A stretch of 15,803 nt of DNA from a virus (taxonomy: Duplodnaviria; Heunggongvirae; Uroviricota; Caudoviricetes): the IMG/VR virus record IMGVR_UViG_3300012075_000001, positions 1-15,803 of that record; one strand, given 5' to 3'. The first letter of the stretch is position 1, and each line of letters begins with the position of its first letter. Positions 12,588 through 15,803 of this stretch are shown here, piece after piece. Both the position numbers and the translations under genes were made by a program. Below the pieces are notes generated by a model. That model did not search any database, had not been told where the DNA came from, and worked only from the letters and a program-made list of their open reading frames with translations.

Positions 12588-14591
12588 ATGAATAACCGTA
12601 TTGCAAATTTGCGCAAAGCTATAGTAGCTATTACTAATGCACTCATCGAGAAAAAAATTGAAGTAACTCAAATAGGTATGGACGCCTATGTGAGATCGAA
12701 TAGTGAAGGTATTCCCGTTGCTGTAAACCTTCCTTACCTTCCTGATAATGCATCTGAAGAACTCATTCAAGCAATTCAAGGATTCTTAGATCATGAGGTT
12801 GGGCACATTCTTTTTTCTGACTTCAAAGCATTAGCTATTCGCAACCCGATGTTAAAGGGCTTAACAAACATATTAGAAGATGCCCGTATTGAAAAATGTA
12901 TGGCTCAACGCTTCAAGGGTTCAGGTTCTAACCTTGACCATACGGCACATTTCTTTTTGGAGGAAATGATTACTCCAAAATTTAAAGAAGTAATGGCCCA
13001 GCCTGACGTAGATGAAACAAAGGTGATGGGCATCTTGGCAACACCTTATCTTCGTAGCCTTTCAGGTCAATCGACTTTTGAGTTTTATATGCGCGACAAG
13101 ATGCATTTGTTGCCAAACATACACGCGGCTATCAAACACCTTGCACCGCCGCTGCAAGCAATGCAGTCGTCAAAGGACGCGGTTCGCTTAGCTAAAGAAA
13201 TCTATGAAGCTTTAAAAAATCCAGAAGAGGAAAAACAGGACAATCAAGACCAGGAGAACGAAGATTGTGAGCAACAAGGGAATGGACAATCTGACGACGA
13301 GCAAGAACAGCAAGATGGCTCAAGCGGCGGAGGCTCTGAAGGCGATGGTGAGTCTGATGGTGCCGGAGACTCTTCAGGTGATGCTGAGGGCAAAGAGAGT
13401 CAAGGAAAGGGCGGTAAAGGCAACAAACCTCAAGATGCAGACGATAATGCCGAATCAGACGATAAAGGTGAACGCCACAAAAATAAGTCTGACAAATCGA
13501 ATGGTACGAGCGACCGTGATGCAGGCGACGAGTCTGGCGACGGCGACGCTCAGAAAGGGGAAGAAAAGAAGGATGTAAATCACAAGCTCAACCTTGATGC
13601 AGATTCTATTCTAGGAGAAATCGACAAAGAGTCTGCAAATGACTTTGACTCGGCATTTGCGGTTCAGCTAAGTAATGAAGCCAAAGATTTTGCATGCGAT
13701 GCGCCTTATCTTGTGTACACGAATAAACACGATGAGATCGAAACGCTAAGTGTCGGACGCGGCTTTAAACAATCGTTTATGGACGAATTAGACACGGCAA
13801 CTAAGCAAGTTACAGGTACGATCCAAAAAGACCTTGAGCGTCTTATGGCTGCTAGATCTGCTGCTGTTTGGGAGAATGGATTACGACGCGGCAAAATCAA
13901 TCAAGCCTCCCTTTCTCGACTTGCCATCAAAGATGAACGAATTTTCCGTCGCAAGCAGGAAAACCGCTCGAAAGATGTCGCAGTGACTTTACTGATTGAC
14001 TGCTCTGGCTCAATGAGGGGTAAGCGTATTCACACAGCCGCACAAGCTTCTTATGCTATGTCTAGCGTGTTAGATCGGATCAATATTGTTCATGAAGTAA
14101 TTGGGTTTACTACCAAGCACGGCGAAGAACATAACAAAAACGCACGTAGCTTTAATCACAACGGGAAGGAAGTTTACTATTCGCGAATGGAAGGTCTGTA
14201 CATGCCAATTATCAAAGGGTTTACAGAACGATTGACGCTTGATAACCGCAACCGTTTTGCATGGCTTCCTCACGCTACTTTCTTCAATACGAATGTTGAT
14301 GGTGAATGTCTTCAAATTGCAGCCCAGCGCCTTAGTCAGCGTAAAGAGGCGCGTAAAATCATTATGGTTTTAAGTGATGGTAATCCTAATGGTCATGGCC
14401 CAACTCCAACATTGAACAAACACCTCAAAGCAACCGTTGCTGACCTAACACGTTCAGGATTTGAAGTTATCGGAATTGGTATCGATACCGACTCTGTAAA
14501 ACAATTCTATCCTAAAAATGTCGCATTAAAATCTGTGGCAGACTTACCGCATACAGTGATTGGTGAGCTTCGCGCCCTATTACTCAAGTAA
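12588..14591 (+). CDS. CobT-like protein: N-terminal HExxH peptidase-like domain, acidic Gly-rich linker, C-terminal vWA
   Basis: DHEVGH followed by NILEDARIE; D/E/G/S/K/Q low-complexity linker; MIDAS LIDCSGSM, GFTT, VLSDG. Adjacent to a MoxR/CobS ATPase. Confidence 0.88.
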   Translation: MNNRIANLRKAIVAITNALIEKKIEVTQIGMDAYVRSNSEGIPVAVNLPYLPDNASEELIQAIQGFLDHEVGHILFSDFKALAIRNPMLKGLTNILEDARIEKCMAQRFKGSGSNLDHTAHFFLEEMITPKFKEVMAQPDVDETKVMGILATPYLRSLSGQSTFEFYMRDKMHLLPNIHAAIKHLAPPLQAMQSSKDAVRLAKEIYEALKNPEEEKQDNQDQENEDCEQQGNGQSDDEQEQQDGSSGGGSEGDGESDGAGDSSGDAEGKESQGKGGKGNKPQDADDNAESDDKGERHKNKSDKSNGTSDRDAGDESGDGDAQKGEEKKDVNHKLNLDADSILGEIDKESANDFDSAFAVQLSNEAKDFACDAPYLVYTNKHDEIETLSVGRGFKQSFMDELDTATKQVTGTIQKDLERLMAARSAAVWENGLRRGKINQASLSRLAIKDERIFRRKQENRSKDVAVTLLIDCSGSMRGKRIHTAAQASYAMSSVLDRINIVHEVIGFTTKHGEEHNKNARSFNHNGKEVYYSRMEGLYMPIIKGFTERLTLDNRNRFAWLPHATFFNTNVDGECLQIAAQRLSQRKEARKIIMVLSDGNPNGHGPTPTLNKHLKATVADLTRSGFEVIGIGIDTDSVKQFYPKNVALKSVADLPHTVIGELRALLLK

Positions 14592-14627
14592 ACAATGGCA
14601 AAGATAGTCAGTTGGGGTTATTTAAAT

Positions 14628-14649
14628 AATCAGTCAGTACTGACTATCT
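14628..14649. promoter_or_regulatory. Operator palindrome copy 6
   Basis: AATCAGTCAG-TA-CTGACTATCT in the cobT-cobS intergenic region, 81 bp upstream of the ATPase start. Confidence 0.75.
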
Positions 14650-14730
14650 TTTCCTGAGAGTTATTAGTATTATTTACGCATATTCTAAAGACAGTAATTA
14701 GTCTAGTTTTATCTTTGTGAGATTTACAAA

Positions 14731-15803
14731 ATGTCAGTAACAGCAAACGAAACAATCACATGTATGCTTTGTAAAGGGCAAGCACACTCAATTGCACATC
14801 ATCTTAAAAGTGATCACCCAACGGTGACTATTGAGCAATATAAAAGTCAGTATCCACAAGCGCCAATTTATTCTCCTGCGATGATTGAGCGCGCCAAAAT
14901 CAAAGAAGCAGAAAAGAAAAAGGCTCAACAAGAGCAAGCGCAATCAGCGGCTCCCGTAAGCAGTGCTGTCATTTCAAAGCCGGGTTCTTTCGCGCCAAAA
15001 GACACAGTTGTTGCCCGTAAATTGCACGAACTTTTCAACATTCAAGGCCCTGAAGGTAAAAATGCTCAAGGTGAAGCTTTAAATGTAACTTGTATTGAAA
15101 ACTCTTCTTCGCCAGATATGGTGCCTGAAGTAAACGATACTTACGTTTATGAGCCTGAAATTCTGAAAAACGTTTTGATTGCGCTTGAATTGAATATCCC
15201 TTTCTATGTTTTTGGACACAAAGGTACTGGTAAAACTGAACTCATCGATCAAGTTGCTGCTCGTACTGGTCGTCCAATTGTGCGTATTCAACATACAGCA
15301 AACACTGAAGAGGCTCATATTGTCGGTCAATGGACAGTTACTAACGGTACGATGACTTTCCAGCTTGGGCCATTAGCTTTAGCGATGAAATACGGTTGGA
15401 TTTATTTAGCAGACGAATATGACTTTGCTCAACCAAGTGTATTGTCAGTTTATCAAGCTGTGATGGAAGGTAAGCCGCTTAACATCAAAGAGGCTGATAT
15501 CGACAACCGCATCATCAAACCTCATCCAAATTTCCGTTTCTGCGCTACTGGTAACACGAACGGCACGGGTGATGAGTCAGGCTTGTATTCAGGCACAACA
15601 ATTCAAAACAGCGCAAACTACGACCGTTTCGGCATCGTGATGGAAAAACATTACATGTCTAAACAAGATGAGATTGCCGCTATCGTTCGCCACACTCAGG
15701 TTGACCCTGAAGATGCGAAAAACCTTGTCGAATTTGCCACCAAAGTGCGTGCTGCTTATAGCAATAAAGAAGTAAGCGACACTATCTCTCTTCGTTCATT
15801 GAT
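14731..15803 (+). CDS. CobS/MoxR-family AAA+ ATPase with N-terminal C2H2 zinc finger, 3'-truncated (absent from the ORF track)
   Basis: Manual translation from ATG 14731, open to the window end: MSVTANETITCMLCKGQAHSIAHHLKSDH...; Walker A GHKGTGKT, Walker B YLADEYD, sensor I ATGNT, arginine finger NYDRF, sensor II ISLRSL. Confidence 0.92.
   Translation, partial: MSVTANETITCMLCKGQAHSIAHHLKSDHPTVTIEQYKSQYPQAPIYSPAMIERAKIKEAEKKKAQQEQAQSAAPVSSAVISKPGSFAPKDTVVARKLHELFNIQGPEGKNAQGEALNVTCIENSSSPDMVPEVNDTYVYEPEILKNVLIALELNIPFYVFGHKGTGKTELIDQVAARTGRPIVRIQHTANTEEAHIVGQWTVTNGTMTFQLGPLALAMKYGWIYLADEYDFAQPSVLSVYQAVMEGKPLNIKEADIDNRIIKPHPNFRFCATGNTNGTGDESGLYSGTTIQNSANYDRFGIVMEKHYMSKQDEIAAIVRHTQVDPEDAKNLVEFATKVRAAYSNKEVSDTISLRSL

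Larger units (their letters stand above)
1..15803. mobile_element. Segment of a temperate phage-plasmid (SSU5/pHCM2-like gene set)
   Basis: Phage-type replication genes (helicase, primase, T4-type ligase, nucleotide kinase, cobS/cobT-like pair) occur together with plasmid-maintenance genes (ParA plus RHH protein, tyrosine recombinase) and an XRE repressor. The family assignment is from recalled gene content, not a database search. Confidence 0.8.

Noticed and set aside
4863-14649. Reading the repeated CAGTCAG palindromes as a CRISPR array, REP elements or transposon ends
   Set aside because: The copies are dispersed and degenerate, are not regularly spaced by unique spacers, have no cas or transposase gene or target duplications nearby, and sit at promoter-proximal positions.
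12552-15330. ORFs 12552-12779 (-), 13267-13578 (+), 13706-13900 (-), 14070-14315 (-), 15079-15330 (-)
   Set aside because: They are nested in the cobT-like or cobS-like genes. The 13267 ORF is an alternative frame of the low-complexity linker.
12588-15803. Reading the cobT/cobS-like pair as a cobalamin biosynthesis (cobaltochelatase) locus
   Set aside because: No cobN or other cob genes in the window. The extra peptidase-like and zinc-finger domains and the phage context argue for a different function.
1-15803. tRNA, rRNA, intron or intein insertions (for example in helicase, primase or ligase)
   Set aside because: No cloverleaf or rRNA-like sequence recognised by eye; the enzymes have normal lengths with contiguous motifs. 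A tRNAscan/Infernal run would be the formal check.

Overview
The whole window looks like part of a large temperate phage-plasmid of the SSU5/pHCM2 type. That assignment is inferred from gene content; the host is probably a gammaproteobacterium, possibly Acinetobacter, but this cannot be proven from the sequence. Left arm (+ strand): a 5'-truncated Hfq/Sm-like gene that the ORF track missed, a DnaB-type helicase, a zinc-finger/Toprim primase, several hypotheticals (a beta-helix repeat protein, a WGR-like protein and a neighbour sharing a C-terminal WGxWS motif), a T4-type ATP-dependent DNA ligase, a secreted Ser/Thr/Pro-rich protein and a guanylate-kinase-like enzyme. Middle (- strand): a plasmid-maintenance and control block made of an XRE-family repressor, a short tyrosine recombinase, a type Ib ParA and a ribbon-helix-helix partner. 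Right arm (+ strand): a CobT-like peptidase/vWA protein and a CobS/MoxR AAA+ ATPase with an N-terminal C2H2 finger, which the ORF track also missed because it runs off the window. The most notable non-coding signals are three. First, six copies of a 22-bp palindromic operator (consensus AATCAGTCAG-N2-CTGACTGATT) lie around the repressor promoter and in front of distant genes. Second, a 16-6-16 inverted repeat resembling a recombinase crossover site overlaps the recombinase's own -10 box. Third, a hairpin buries the ribosome-binding site of an uncharacterised gene. No tRNA, rRNA, CRISPR array or IS element was seen.
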